Assembly (NCBI GenBank): GCA_036661515.1
Contig: JAVWYO010000001.1
Span: 8,691-72,690 of the forward strand
Reading direction: 5' to 3'
From: Muribaculaceae bacterium
GTDB lineage: Bacteria; Bacteroidota; Bacteroidia; Bacteroidales; Muribaculaceae
Length of the DNA stretch: 64,000 nucleotides
Numbering within the stretch: the first letter of the stretch is position 1; every line of letters begins with the position of its first letter. The position numbers were made by a program, and so were the translations under genes. Below the pieces are notes generated by a model that was not told the DNA's origin, made no database searches, and was given only the letters and a program-made list of their open reading frames with translations. Shown piece after piece: positions 15,326 to 23,560 of the stretch.

Positions 15326-16681
15326 ATGAATGTAACGATGGACAAAATTGATGATGTGACTGCAACAATCACTGTATCAATTGAAGAAAAAGATTATCAA
15401 GATAAAGTAACAGCTGATCTTAAGCAAGTAGGACTCAAACACAAAATTGATGGCTTCCGACCAGGTAAAGTGCCTGCTGGACTACTTAAAAAAATGTTTG
15501 GAAAAGAAGTACTTATTGATGTAATTAATCGTGAAACTTATGATGAGCTAATCAAATATATTAAAGATAACAATCTAAATATTCTTGGTGAGCCTCTTAT
15601 TGATGATATTAAAGAAATTGACTTTGCCAACGATAAAGATTTTACTTTCAAATTTGAAATAGGATTATCGCCTGTTATTGATGTAGAATTAGATAAAAAA
15701 GTAAAAGTACCTTATTATTCTATTGAAGTTGATCAAGAAATGATTGACCGTCAACACGAAATGTTTACTCAACGTTTCGGTTCTCAGGTACCTGGCGAAG
15801 AAGTCGACAAAAAAGCACTTGTAAAAGGTGTAATGGTTGAACTCAATGAAGATGGAACAGTAAAAGAAGCTGGAATTACAGTTGAAGCTGGAATAGTTTC
15901 TCCTGAACACTTCAAGAGCGAAGACGAACAAGCTAAATTCATAGGAAAGCACCTTAACGATAAAGTCGTTTTCAACCCTTGGAATACTTGTGAAGGCAAC
16001 ATCACAGAACTTGCATCTATGCTCAACATAGATAAGAGTTTAGCCGACGAGGTTAAGAGCAACTTTGAACTAACTATTTCTGAAATTATTGTACTTAAAG
16101 TAGCTGAACTTAATCAAGAATTATTTGATAGTGTATTTGGTAAAGATACCGTTAACACACAAGAAGAATATTTCGCTAAGATAAAAGAAATGATTGCTAC
16201 TCAATTAGTTAACGATAGCAATTATCGTTTTACTATTGATGCCGAAGAAGTCATTAAGAAGAACGTAGGAACGCTTGTTCTTCCTAAAGAATTTTTGAAA
16301 AAGTGGCTCTTAAAGCAAGACCAAAAGCACACGGCTGAAACTATCGATGCCGAATTTGATAAAATGGTACCTTCTCTTGAATGGCAACTTATCAAAGAGC
16401 AAATTGCAAAAAATATGCAAATCAAGGTACAAGAAGCCGATATTATCCAAGTCGCTAAAATGATTGCTATTCAACAATTTGCTCAATATGGCATGACAAA
16501 TATGCCAGATGACGTTGTTGAAAAATACGCTAAAGAATTAGCCGAGAAAAAAGATTATCGCGATAAGATTGTAGAACGTGCTGTCGAAGAGCGTTTATTT
16601 GCTGCTATCAAAGATGCTGTATCTTTAGATGAAAAGATTATTCCAGTAAAAGAATTTAATGCGCTTTTTGAAAATAAATAA
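15326..16681 (+). CDS. tig: trigger factor
   Basis: 451 aa with the ribosome-binding loop GFRPGKVP, followed by clpP-clpX. Confidence 0.93.
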   Translation: MNVTMDKIDDVTATITVSIEEKDYQDKVTADLKQVGLKHKIDGFRPGKVPAGLLKKMFGKEVLIDVINRETYDELIKYIKDNNLNILGEPLIDDIKEIDFANDKDFTFKFEIGLSPVIDVELDKKVKVPYYSIEVDQEMIDRQHEMFTQRFGSQVPGEEVDKKALVKGVMVELNEDGTVKEAGITVEAGIVSPEHFKSEDEQAKFIGKHLNDKVVFNPWNTCEGNITELASMLNIDKSLADEVKSNFELTISEIIVLKVAELNQELFDSVFGKDTVNTQEEYFAKIKEMIATQLVNDSNYRFTIDAEEVIKKNVGTLVLPKEFLKKWLLKQDQKHTAETIDAEFDKMVPSLEWQLIKEQIAKNMQIKVQEADIIQVAKMIAIQQFAQYGMTNMPDDVVEKYAKELAEKKDYRDKIVERAVEERLFAAIKDAVSLDEKIIPVKEFNALFENK

Positions 16682-16708
16682 AAGCGATTTACATTAATAA
16701 TAGATATA

Positions 16709-16742
16709 TACAGGGAGAATACCAATAGGTATCCTCCCTGTA
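16709..16742 (+). terminator. hairpin terminator after tig
   Basis: TACAGGGAGAATACC-AATA-GGTATCCTCCCTGTA forms a 15-bp stem with 1 mismatch, followed by TTATTT. Confidence 0.6.
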
Positions 16743-16770
16743 TTATTTAGAAGCTGTTTTTAGCTAAAAA

Positions 16771-16788
16771 AAATTCTAATTAGAATTT
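16771..16788. promoter_or_regulatory. perfect 18-bp palindrome AAATTCTAATTAGAATTT abutting the -7 box at 16788
   Basis: The reverse complement of AAATTCTAA is TTAGAATTT. This is operator-like geometry, and the function is unknown. Confidence 0.35.
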
Positions 16789-16795
16789 ATCTTTG
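16788..16795 (+). promoter_or_regulatory. -7 box preceding TGCGTAC element copy 1
   Basis: TATCTTTG followed by TAA. The G lies 27 nt before CAAAAAAGGG. The box abuts the 18-bp palindrome at 16771-16788. Confidence 0.35.
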
Positions 16796-16806
16796 TAAGT
16801 ATTACT

Positions 16807-16899
16807 AAATCAGCATAATATCAAAAAAGGGTGCGTACACTGCGTACTGTGCGTACACTTAGATAAATACCTATAATCTCCATAAAATCAGCATAATAT
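16807..16899 (+). repeat. 15-bp perfect direct repeat AAATCAGCATAATAT (16807-16821 and 16885-16899) bracketing element copy 1
   Basis: Read directly from the sequence; the two copies are 78 nt apart, start to start. Confidence 0.85.
16822..16858 (+). repeat. GC-rich element copy 1: CAAAAAAGGG + three tandem 9-nt units TGCGTACnn
   Basis: CAAAAAAGGG TGCGTACAC TGCGTACTG TGCGTACAC, with TGCGTAC at 16832, 16841 and 16850. The first 17 nt are identical to the copy at 21307. Confidence 0.8.
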
Positions 16900-16988
16900 A
16901 AAATCGCTATCCTCCCAATCACAATTTCATTCTTTCATGTTAAATGAAAAGATAATTAATTTTATTTTTCATATTGCACTCTTTTGTA

Positions 16989-16996
16989 TATCTTTG
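16989..16996 (+). promoter_or_regulatory. -7 box for clpP-clpX
   Basis: TATCTTTG, 34 nt upstream of the ATG. Confidence 0.5.
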
Positions 16997-17030
16997 ACTT
17001 GAAAATGTAATAACGAAACAATTTAGATAT

Positions 17031-17705
17031 ATGAAGAATGATTTTAGGGATTATGCTGTTAAACATATCGGAATGAATGGATTGGCTCTCGACCAATACG
17101 CAAATGATATTACAAGCAGTTACATTTCTCCAACTATTATTGAAGAGCGCAAGCTAAACGTAGCTCAAATGGATGTCTTTTCACGCCTTATGATGGATCG
17201 TATAATTTTTCTCGGAACACAAGTTGACGATTATACTGCAAATGTTATACAAGCTCAATTGCTTTATCTCGATTCTGCTGACCCTGGTAAAGATATTTCA
17301 ATATATATTAATTCTCCTGGTGGTTCAGTATATGCTGGATTAGGCATTTACGACACCATGCAATACATCTCAAGCAATGTATCAACAATTTGTACGGGTA
17401 TGGCGGCTTCTATGGCAGCAGTGCTACTTGTCGCTGGAGAGAAGAACAAGAGATTCGCTCTAAAGCATTCTCGCGTGATGATACATCAGCCAATGGGTGG
17501 CGCACAAGGTCAAGCCTCAGATATTGAAATAACTGCTCGTGAAATTCAAAAACTTAAGAAAGAACTGTATACGATTATTTCTACTCATTCTGGAATGCCT
17601 TATGAAAAAGTTGAGCAAGATTCCGATCGCGATTACTGGATGACCGCTGAGGAAGCTCTTAAATATGGAATGATAGATCAATTGCTTATTAGTGCAAAAC
17701 AATAA
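17031..17705 (+). CDS. clpP: ATP-dependent Clp protease proteolytic subunit
   Basis: 224 aa with INSPGGSVYAGLGIYD, GMAASMAA (catalytic Ser) and MIHQP (His). Confidence 0.95.
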   Translation: MKNDFRDYAVKHIGMNGLALDQYANDITSSYISPTIIEERKLNVAQMDVFSRLMMDRIIFLGTQVDDYTANVIQAQLLYLDSADPGKDISIYINSPGGSVYAGLGIYDTMQYISSNVSTICTGMAASMAAVLLVAGEKNKRFALKHSRVMIHQPMGGAQGQASDIEITAREIQKLKKELYTIISTHSGMPYEKVEQDSDRDYWMTAEEALKYGMIDQLLISAKQ

Positions 17706-17712
17706 AAAGTCG

Positions 17713-18939
17713 ATGAAGCGTAAAAATGATGAATTAATATGTAGCTTTTGTGGCCGAAGTGCTTCGGAAGTCGATCTTATAATGCCTGGACTTAATGGCA
17801 ATATATGCAACGATTGTGCCGAGCAAGCAAACGTCCTATCTAAAGAATATTTAAAGAAAGGAAAAGCCTCAAATACTCCAAATATTAAAGAAGTACCTAA
17901 ACCTAAGGAAATAAATGATTTCCTTAACGAATATATTATAGGACAGGAATCTGCTAAAAAATACCTTTCAGTTGCCGTCTATAATCATTATAAACGTCTC
18001 GCTCAAGTAAATAGCGACGATGTAGAAATTGAAAAATCAAATATTATAATGGTCGGCCCTACGGGGACGGGAAAAACCCTGCTCGCAAAAACTATTGCTA
18101 AGTTACTTAAAGTGCCATTTGCTATTGTTGATGCAACGGTTCTTACTGAAGCTGGTTACGTCGGCGAAGACATTGAAAGCCTACTTACACGATTATTGCA
18201 AGCATGCGATTACGATGTAGCTCAAGCTGAAAAAGGTATTGTATTTATTGATGAAATTGACAAGATAGCTCGAAAAAGCGATAATCCATCTATTACACGT
18301 GATGTAAGTGGTGAAGGTGTACAACAAGGACTACTAAAACTACTTGAAGGAGCAGTAGTAAATGTTCCACCTAATGGTGGTCGAAAGCACCCAGAACAAA
18401 AAATGGTGGCAATCGACACAAAAAATATATTATTTATTTGTGGCGGAGCATTCGATGGAATAGAACGAAAGATTGCACAACGCCTAAACACGCACGTAGT
18501 GGGATACGGTATTGGCAATGAGAAGAGAAATATGCAACGCGAGAATCTTCTCCAATTTATAGCACCACAAGATTTAAAAGCCTTTGGACTTATTCCCGAA
18601 ATAATTGGTCGCCTACCTGTATTAACTAATCTTGAAGAACTTAATGCTGTGGCATTAAGACGCATTCTCACTGAGCCTAAAAATGCTATTATTAAGCAAT
18701 ACAAGAAACTCTTTGAGATGGATGAAGTTAAACTAAACATTGATGACGACACGCTCGATTTTATTGTAGAAAAAGCTATTGAATATAAACTTGGTGCTCG
18801 TGGACTTCGGTCAATTGTCGAAACAATTATGATTGATGCCATGTATGAAATACCATCATCACATAAGAAGAATTTTGAGGTGACTAAGGCTTATGCTCAA
18901 GAAAAACTTGAGATTGCAAACTTTGACGTACTAAAATAA
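17713..18939 (+). CDS. clpX: ATP-dependent Clp protease ATP-binding subunit ClpX
   Basis: The track start 17692 is a GTG overlapping clpP. The ATG at 17713 gives MKRKNDELICSFCGRS. The protein has a zinc ribbon (CSFCG...CNDC) and the Walker A motif GPTGTGKT. Confidence 0.95.
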   Translation: MKRKNDELICSFCGRSASEVDLIMPGLNGNICNDCAEQANVLSKEYLKKGKASNTPNIKEVPKPKEINDFLNEYIIGQESAKKYLSVAVYNHYKRLAQVNSDDVEIEKSNIIMVGPTGTGKTLLAKTIAKLLKVPFAIVDATVLTEAGYVGEDIESLLTRLLQACDYDVAQAEKGIVFIDEIDKIARKSDNPSITRDVSGEGVQQGLLKLLEGAVVNVPPNGGRKHPEQKMVAIDTKNILFICGGAFDGIERKIAQRLNTHVVGYGIGNEKRNMQRENLLQFIAPQDLKAFGLIPEIIGRLPVLTNLEELNAVALRRILTEPKNAIIKQYKKLFEMDEVKLNIDDDTLDFIVEKAIEYKLGARGLRSIVETIMIDAMYEIPSSHKKNFEVTKAYAQEKLEIANFDVLK

Positions 18940-19003
18940 TGACTATTTTCGCTTTTTGCAAAATATTTTCGTCATTATAATTGGAATATAAGAGGTAGAA
19001 TTA

Positions 19004-19011
19004 TATATTTG
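19004..19011 (+). promoter_or_regulatory. -7 box for recQ
   Basis: TATATTTG, 41 nt upstream of ATG 19053. This supports the shorter recQ start. Confidence 0.45.
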
Positions 19012-19052
19012 TTCAATCATATTTGATTTTTATTAAAATTCCATTTACAAAC

Positions 19053-21233
19053 ATGGCAAATAAGAATATTCTTAATGTAGAATTGAAAAAGCATTTTGGC
19101 TTTGACACATTTAAAGGCAATCAAGAAGCCATTATTAATAATCTTCTTGATCAAAATGACACCTTCGTTTTGATGCCAACTGGAGGTGGAAAATCGCTAT
19201 GCTATCAATTGCCATCACTTATCATGGAAGGGACAGCTATTGTTATTTCTCCACTTATTGCTCTAATGAAAAATCAGGTCGATGCAATGCGCAATTTTAG
19301 TGACAGCGATGGTATTGCACATTTCCTAAATTCCTCGCTCAACAAGCAAGCCATCGATCAGGTACGTACCGATATCGTTTCTGGAAAAACTAAACTTTTA
19401 TATGTTGCTCCAGAATCCCTTACTAAAGAAGAGAATATTGAATTTTTAAAAACCGTAAAAATATCATTCTATGCTGTTGACGAAGCGCATTGTATCTCTG
19501 AATGGGGACATGACTTCCGCCCTGAATACCGTAGAATAAGACCTATAATTAACGAGATTGGGAGTAGACCAGTAATTGCCCTTACGGCGACTGCAACTCC
19601 TAAAGTGCAACACGATATTCAGAAAAATTTGGGAATGATTGATGCAAAAGTTTATAAATCATCATTTAATCGCCCAAACCTTTATTATGAAGTACGCCCT
19701 AAAACTAAAGATATAGATAGAGATATTATTCGATACATTAAGGCTCAAGAAGGTAAATCTGGAATCGTATATTGCCTCAGCAGAAAAAAGGTTGAAGAAT
19801 TAGCTGAAACATTGACTGTTAACAACATCAATGCTCTTCCTTATCATGCTGGTATGGACAGTGCTACACGCACCGCTAATCAAGATTCATTTCTCCTCGA
19901 AAAAGTCGATGTCATAGTTGCAACCATTGCATTTGGAATGGGAATCGACAAGCCCGACGTGAGATTTGTCATTCATTATGACATTCCTAAAAGTCTTGAA
20001 GGATATTATCAAGAAACAGGTAGAGCTGGGCGAGATGGCGGCGAAGGTCAATGTATTACATTCTACACAAATAAAGATCTTCAAAAACTGGAGAAATTTA
20101 TGCAAGGTAAACCAATAGCAGAGCAAGAGATAGGTAAACAATTATTATTAGAGACTGCTTCGTATGCCGAATCATCTGTATGTCGAAGAAAATCCCTCTT
20201 ACATTATTTTGGAGAGGAGTACTTAGAAGATAATTGCGGAAATTGTGATAATTGTTTAAATCCAAAAAAACAAGTGGAAGCTAAGGACGAATTATGCGCT
20301 GTTATTGAAACCATTGGCGCATTAAAAGAAAAATTTAAAACCGATCATGTCGTAGACGTAATGATTGGTAAAGAAACCAACGAAGTAAAATCATATAAGC
20401 ACGAAGACCTCGAAGTCTTTGGTTGCTTGGGTGGCGAAGATGAAAAAATGCTAAGTGCTGTAATCCGTCAAGCCATTATTGCTGGTTATTTAGACCGTGA
20501 CATTGAAAATTACGGATTACTAAAAATTACTCCTGCTGGTCATAAATTCTTGAAAAAACCAGTATCATTTAAAATCGTTGAAGATAATGAATTTAGTGAT
20601 TCTGAAGAAGAAATTGTGGTTAAAGGTGGCGCAAGTTGCGCTGTAGACCCTGAATTATACAATATACTTAAAGATTTAAGAAAGAAAATCGCAAAAAAAT
20701 TAGGACTCCCTCCTTATGTGATTTTTCAAGACCCATCTCTCGAAGCTCTGGCAACAACTTATCCTATAAACATGGAGGAATTACAAAATATTCCTGGAGT
20801 TGGTGCTGGCAAAGCAAAAAGATATGGCGAAGATTTTCTTAAAGTAATAAAAACTCATGTTCAAGAAAATGAAATTGAACGCCCCGAAGATTTACGCGTA
20901 AGAAGCGTAGCAAACAAGAGCAAGCTGAAAATCTCAATTATTCAAGCAATCGACCGAAAAATAGCACTCGATGAGTTAGCTGTTTCTAAAGGTCTTGAAT
21001 TTGCGGACTTGCTCGATGAAGTAGAAGCCATAGTATATTCAGGTACCAAGATTAGCATCGATTACTTCCTCGATGAAGTAATGGACGAAGACCATCAAGC
21101 TGATATTTTTGAGTATTTCAAAGAAAGTATTAGTGACGACCTTGAAGAAGCTATCGAAGAACTTGGCTCAGAATTTACCGAAGAGGAAATTCGCCTCGTA
21201 AGAATCAAGTTCCTCTCTGAAATGGGCAACTAA
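19053..21233 (+). CDS. recQ: ATP-dependent DNA helicase RecQ
   Basis: The ATG at 19053 (MANKNILN) is preferred over the track start 19023. Motifs are PTGGGKSLCYQ, DEAHCISEWGHDFR, a Zn-binding CGNCDNC and a C-terminal HRDC-like region. Confidence 0.95.
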   Translation: MANKNILNVELKKHFGFDTFKGNQEAIINNLLDQNDTFVLMPTGGGKSLCYQLPSLIMEGTAIVISPLIALMKNQVDAMRNFSDSDGIAHFLNSSLNKQAIDQVRTDIVSGKTKLLYVAPESLTKEENIEFLKTVKISFYAVDEAHCISEWGHDFRPEYRRIRPIINEIGSRPVIALTATATPKVQHDIQKNLGMIDAKVYKSSFNRPNLYYEVRPKTKDIDRDIIRYIKAQEGKSGIVYCLSRKKVEELAETLTVNNINALPYHAGMDSATRTANQDSFLLEKVDVIVATIAFGMGIDKPDVRFVIHYDIPKSLEGYYQETGRAGRDGGEGQCITFYTNKDLQKLEKFMQGKPIAEQEIGKQLLLETASYAESSVCRRKSLLHYFGEEYLEDNCGNCDNCLNPKKQVEAKDELCAVIETIGALKEKFKTDHVVDVMIGKETNEVKSYKHEDLEVFGCLGGEDEKMLSAVIRQAIIAGYLDRDIENYGLLKITPAGHKFLKKPVSFKIVEDNEFSDSEEEIVVKGGASCAVDPELYNILKDLRKKIAKKLGLPPYVIFQDPSLEALATTYPINMEELQNIPGVGAGKAKRYGEDFLKVIKTHVQENEIERPEDLRVRSVANKSKLKISIIQAIDRKIALDELAVSKGLEFADLLDEVEAIVYSGTKISIDYFLDEVMDEDHQADIFEYFKESISDDLEEAIEELGSEFTEEEIRLVRIKFLSEMGN

Positions 21234-21273
21234 TAAAATCATTTTTTCACAGATAAATCTATTTTATTTATAC

Positions 21274-21281
21274 TACATTTG
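21274..21281 (+). promoter_or_regulatory. -7 box preceding TGCGTAC element copy 2
   Basis: TACATTTG followed by TAA. The G lies 26 nt before CAAAAAAGGG. Confidence 0.35.
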
Positions 21282-21306
21282 TAACTCACAACATCACAAT
21301 ATTTTA

Positions 21307-21341
21307 CAAAAAAGGGTGCGTACTGTGCGTACAGTGCGTAA
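21307..21341 (+). repeat. GC-rich element copy 2: CAAAAAAGGG + TGCGTACTG TGCGTACAG TGCGTAA
   Basis: Heptamers lie at 21317, 21326 and 21335 (the last is TGCGTAA). A related AGGGTGATAC recurs at 21364-21373. Confidence 0.8.
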
Positions 21342-21377
21342 TCCACGTAAATATCTGAATAGTAGGGTGATACATAC

Positions 21378-21414
21378 AAGAGCAGATTTGCACCAAAAAT
21401 GCAATTCTGCTCTT
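21378..21414 (+). terminator. hairpin in the recQ / ABC-F spacer
   Basis: AAGAGCAGATTTGCA-CCAAAAA-TGCAATTCTGCTCTT forms a 15-bp stem with 1 mismatch. It lies 145 nt after the recQ stop and about 37 nt after the TGCGTAC element. Confidence 0.4.
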
Positions 21415-21471
21415 ATTCGTTCTATAACGTGAAAACTATCATTTTTCTGCGGTATTAACGCCTAAACTTTT

Positions 21472-21479
21472 TAACTTTG
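21472..21479 (+). promoter_or_regulatory. -7 box for the ABC-F gene at 21511
   Basis: TAACTTTG, 31 nt upstream of the ATG. It is part of the shared 14-mer CTTTGCACTCTGAT. Confidence 0.5.
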
Positions 21480-21510
21480 CACTCTGATGCCTAAATGATA
21501 TAAAAGTTTA

Positions 21511-23472
21511 ATGATTTCAATACAAAATTTATCAGTAGAATTTAGCAGTAAAGCGTTATTTGACAATATAAACTATGTTATCAACAAAAAAGATAGAATA
21601 GCGTTAGTCGGGAAAAATGGTGCTGGGAAATCTACCATGCTAAAGATAATAGCTGGACTTCAAACGCCCACACATGGAAGTGTCTCTGTTCCTAATGATA
21701 TAGTAATTGGATATCTTCCACAGCAAATGGTGCTTGCCGATAAGCACACGCTTATTGAAGATGTTAGGAGCGCATTTGACCACATTAATAAACTACAACG
21801 TGATCTTGATAGCGTAAATGCACAGTTGCTTTCTCGCACCGATTATGATAGTGAAGACTATCATAAGCTCATCGACCGCATGACACACATTACCGAATTA
21901 ATAAACATGTCGGGTAGCGAGAATTGCGAAGCTGAGATGGAAAAGACACTTATGGGTCTTGGATTCACACGTAACGATTTTGATCGCCCAACATCAGAAT
22001 TTTCGGGAGGGTGGCGCATGCGCATAGAATTAGCAAAACTGCTCCTTCGTAAGCCCGAAGTACTTTTACTTGATGAACCCACCAATCACTTAGACATAGA
22101 GTCGATACAATGGCTCGAAAACTTCTTGAGGACAAAAGCTGAAGCTGTTGTTCTCGTTTCGCATGACAGGGCTTTTATTGATAATGTTACTACACGTACA
22201 ATTGAAATATCACTCGGAAAGATATACGATTATCAAGTGAATTATTCAAAGTTTGTAGTTCTACGTGAAGAACGCATTGAACAACAGATGCGTGCTTATC
22301 AAAATCAGCATAAGCAAATTCAAGAAACCGAAGATTTCATAGAGCGTTTTCGCTATAAAGCCACAAAATCGGTACAAGTACAAAGTCGCATTAAGCAACT
22401 TGCTAAAGTCGACCGTATTGAAGTTGATGAGGTTGACAACTCACGTTTAAGTCTTAAATTTCCACCTGCTCCTCGTTCGGGAGATTATCCACTTATTGCA
22501 AACGAAGTTGGCAAATATTATGGTGACCATAAAGTGTTTTCTAATGCCAATTTCACTATAAAACGTGGTGAGAAGATAGCCTTTGTTGGCAAGAATGGTG
22601 AAGGTAAATCAACACTTGTAAAATGTATAATGGGCGAAATTCCTTTTGATGGAGAACTCAAAATAGGGCATAACATTAAGATAGGATATTTTGCACAAAA
22701 TCAAGCACAATTACTCGATGGTGAAATAACAGTGTTTGATACAATTGATAATGTTGCAGTAGGTGATATTCGTACTAAAATACGAGATATTCTCGGTGCA
22801 TTCATGTTTGGTGGCGAAGCATCAGATAAAAAAGTAAAAGTCCTTTCGGGAGGTGAGAAAACACGCCTTGCAATGATTAAATTGCTACTCGAACCAGTAA
22901 ATCTGTTAATACTCGATGAACCGACAAATCACCTTGATATGCGCACTAAAGATGTGCTCAAGCAAGCAATAATTGATTTTAATGGAACCGTCATAGTGGT
23001 ATCTCATGATCGTGAATTTCTTGATGGTCTTGTTAAGAAAGTATTTGAATTTGGTGGTGGTAAAATACGTGAACATTTAGGTGGAATTTATGATTTCCTT
23101 GAAACAAGGAAAATGGAATCGCTCAGCGAATTAGAAAATTCAAAGCCAAGCACGCCACAACTTTCTAAATCACCTACGGCAAACATAAAACCAATAGAAG
23201 AGAAGAAAGAAACATCAAAAATATCCTATGCCGAACGAAAAGAAAAAGATAAACTCGTTAAGAAGGCTCAGCGAAAAGTAAAAGATGCTGAAGACGAAAT
23301 TAGCACACTCGAAATTCAGCTAAAAGAGATAGAAGAATCACTTGCTAATGGTAGTGCATCAGATGCCACTATTTATGAGCAGCATTCTGCCATAAAAAAG
23401 CGATTAGAGAACGCTATGAGCCTATGGGAGATTACAAATATGGAATTAGAAGAGATAACAAATGATAAATAA
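21511..23472 (+). CDS. ABC-F family ATPase (YheS/Uup-like, with a C-terminal coiled coil)
   Basis: 653 aa with two ABC cassettes (GKNGAGKST and GKNGEGKST; LSGGWRMR and LSGGEKTR), no TM domain and a K/E-rich tail. Confidence 0.9.
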   Translation: MISIQNLSVEFSSKALFDNINYVINKKDRIALVGKNGAGKSTMLKIIAGLQTPTHGSVSVPNDIVIGYLPQQMVLADKHTLIEDVRSAFDHINKLQRDLDSVNAQLLSRTDYDSEDYHKLIDRMTHITELINMSGSENCEAEMEKTLMGLGFTRNDFDRPTSEFSGGWRMRIELAKLLLRKPEVLLLDEPTNHLDIESIQWLENFLRTKAEAVVLVSHDRAFIDNVTTRTIEISLGKIYDYQVNYSKFVVLREERIEQQMRAYQNQHKQIQETEDFIERFRYKATKSVQVQSRIKQLAKVDRIEVDEVDNSRLSLKFPPAPRSGDYPLIANEVGKYYGDHKVFSNANFTIKRGEKIAFVGKNGEGKSTLVKCIMGEIPFDGELKIGHNIKIGYFAQNQAQLLDGEITVFDTIDNVAVGDIRTKIRDILGAFMFGGEASDKKVKVLSGGEKTRLAMIKLLLEPVNLLILDEPTNHLDMRTKDVLKQAIIDFNGTVIVVSHDREFLDGLVKKVFEFGGGKIREHLGGIYDFLETRKMESLSELENSKPSTPQLSKSPTANIKPIEEKKETSKISYAERKEKDKLVKKAQRKVKDAEDEISTLEIQLKEIEESLANGSASDATIYEQHSAIKKRLENAMSLWEITNMELEEITNDK

Positions 23473-23560
23473 ATAGGACTTTTATGCAACATTTTAAATA
23501 ATAATTGCGTCCTTTATAAAATATAGTAATTCAAGATAATCAATATTAATTAGATGAAAT

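Noticed and set aside
16974-16982. TTGCACTCT upstream of clpP, which resembles a CIRCE half-site (TTAGCACTC).
   Set aside because: There is no inverted partner (GAGTGCTAA-like) within range, so it is not a CIRCE operator.
18222-18842. 206-aa minus-strand ORF inside clpX. The same applies to the other antisense or out-of-frame track ORFs: 1246-1434, 1401-1841, 2384-2638, 3125-3346, 4794-5000, 5497-5724, 5939-6226, 6216-6413, 7415-7624, 8440-8691, 10517-10759, 11829-12023, 15689-16425, 17517-17810, 19887-20141, 21861-22085, 23585-23770, 24773-24964, 26587-26952, 27766-28082, 29384-29590, 30451-30840, 31790-31993, 32551-32823, 33855-34037, 35158-35346, 35671-35877, 44369-44587, 48572-48835, 49369-49563, 50385-50843, 53923-54228, 55222-55494, 55631-55903, 61652-61855, 62333-62917, 63288-63870.
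   Set aside because: Each is nested in or overlaps a gene with strong family motifs in another frame. They have biased S/I/F/L/K-rich composition typical of shadow ORFs in AT-rich DNA, and none has a promoter box or recognisable motif.
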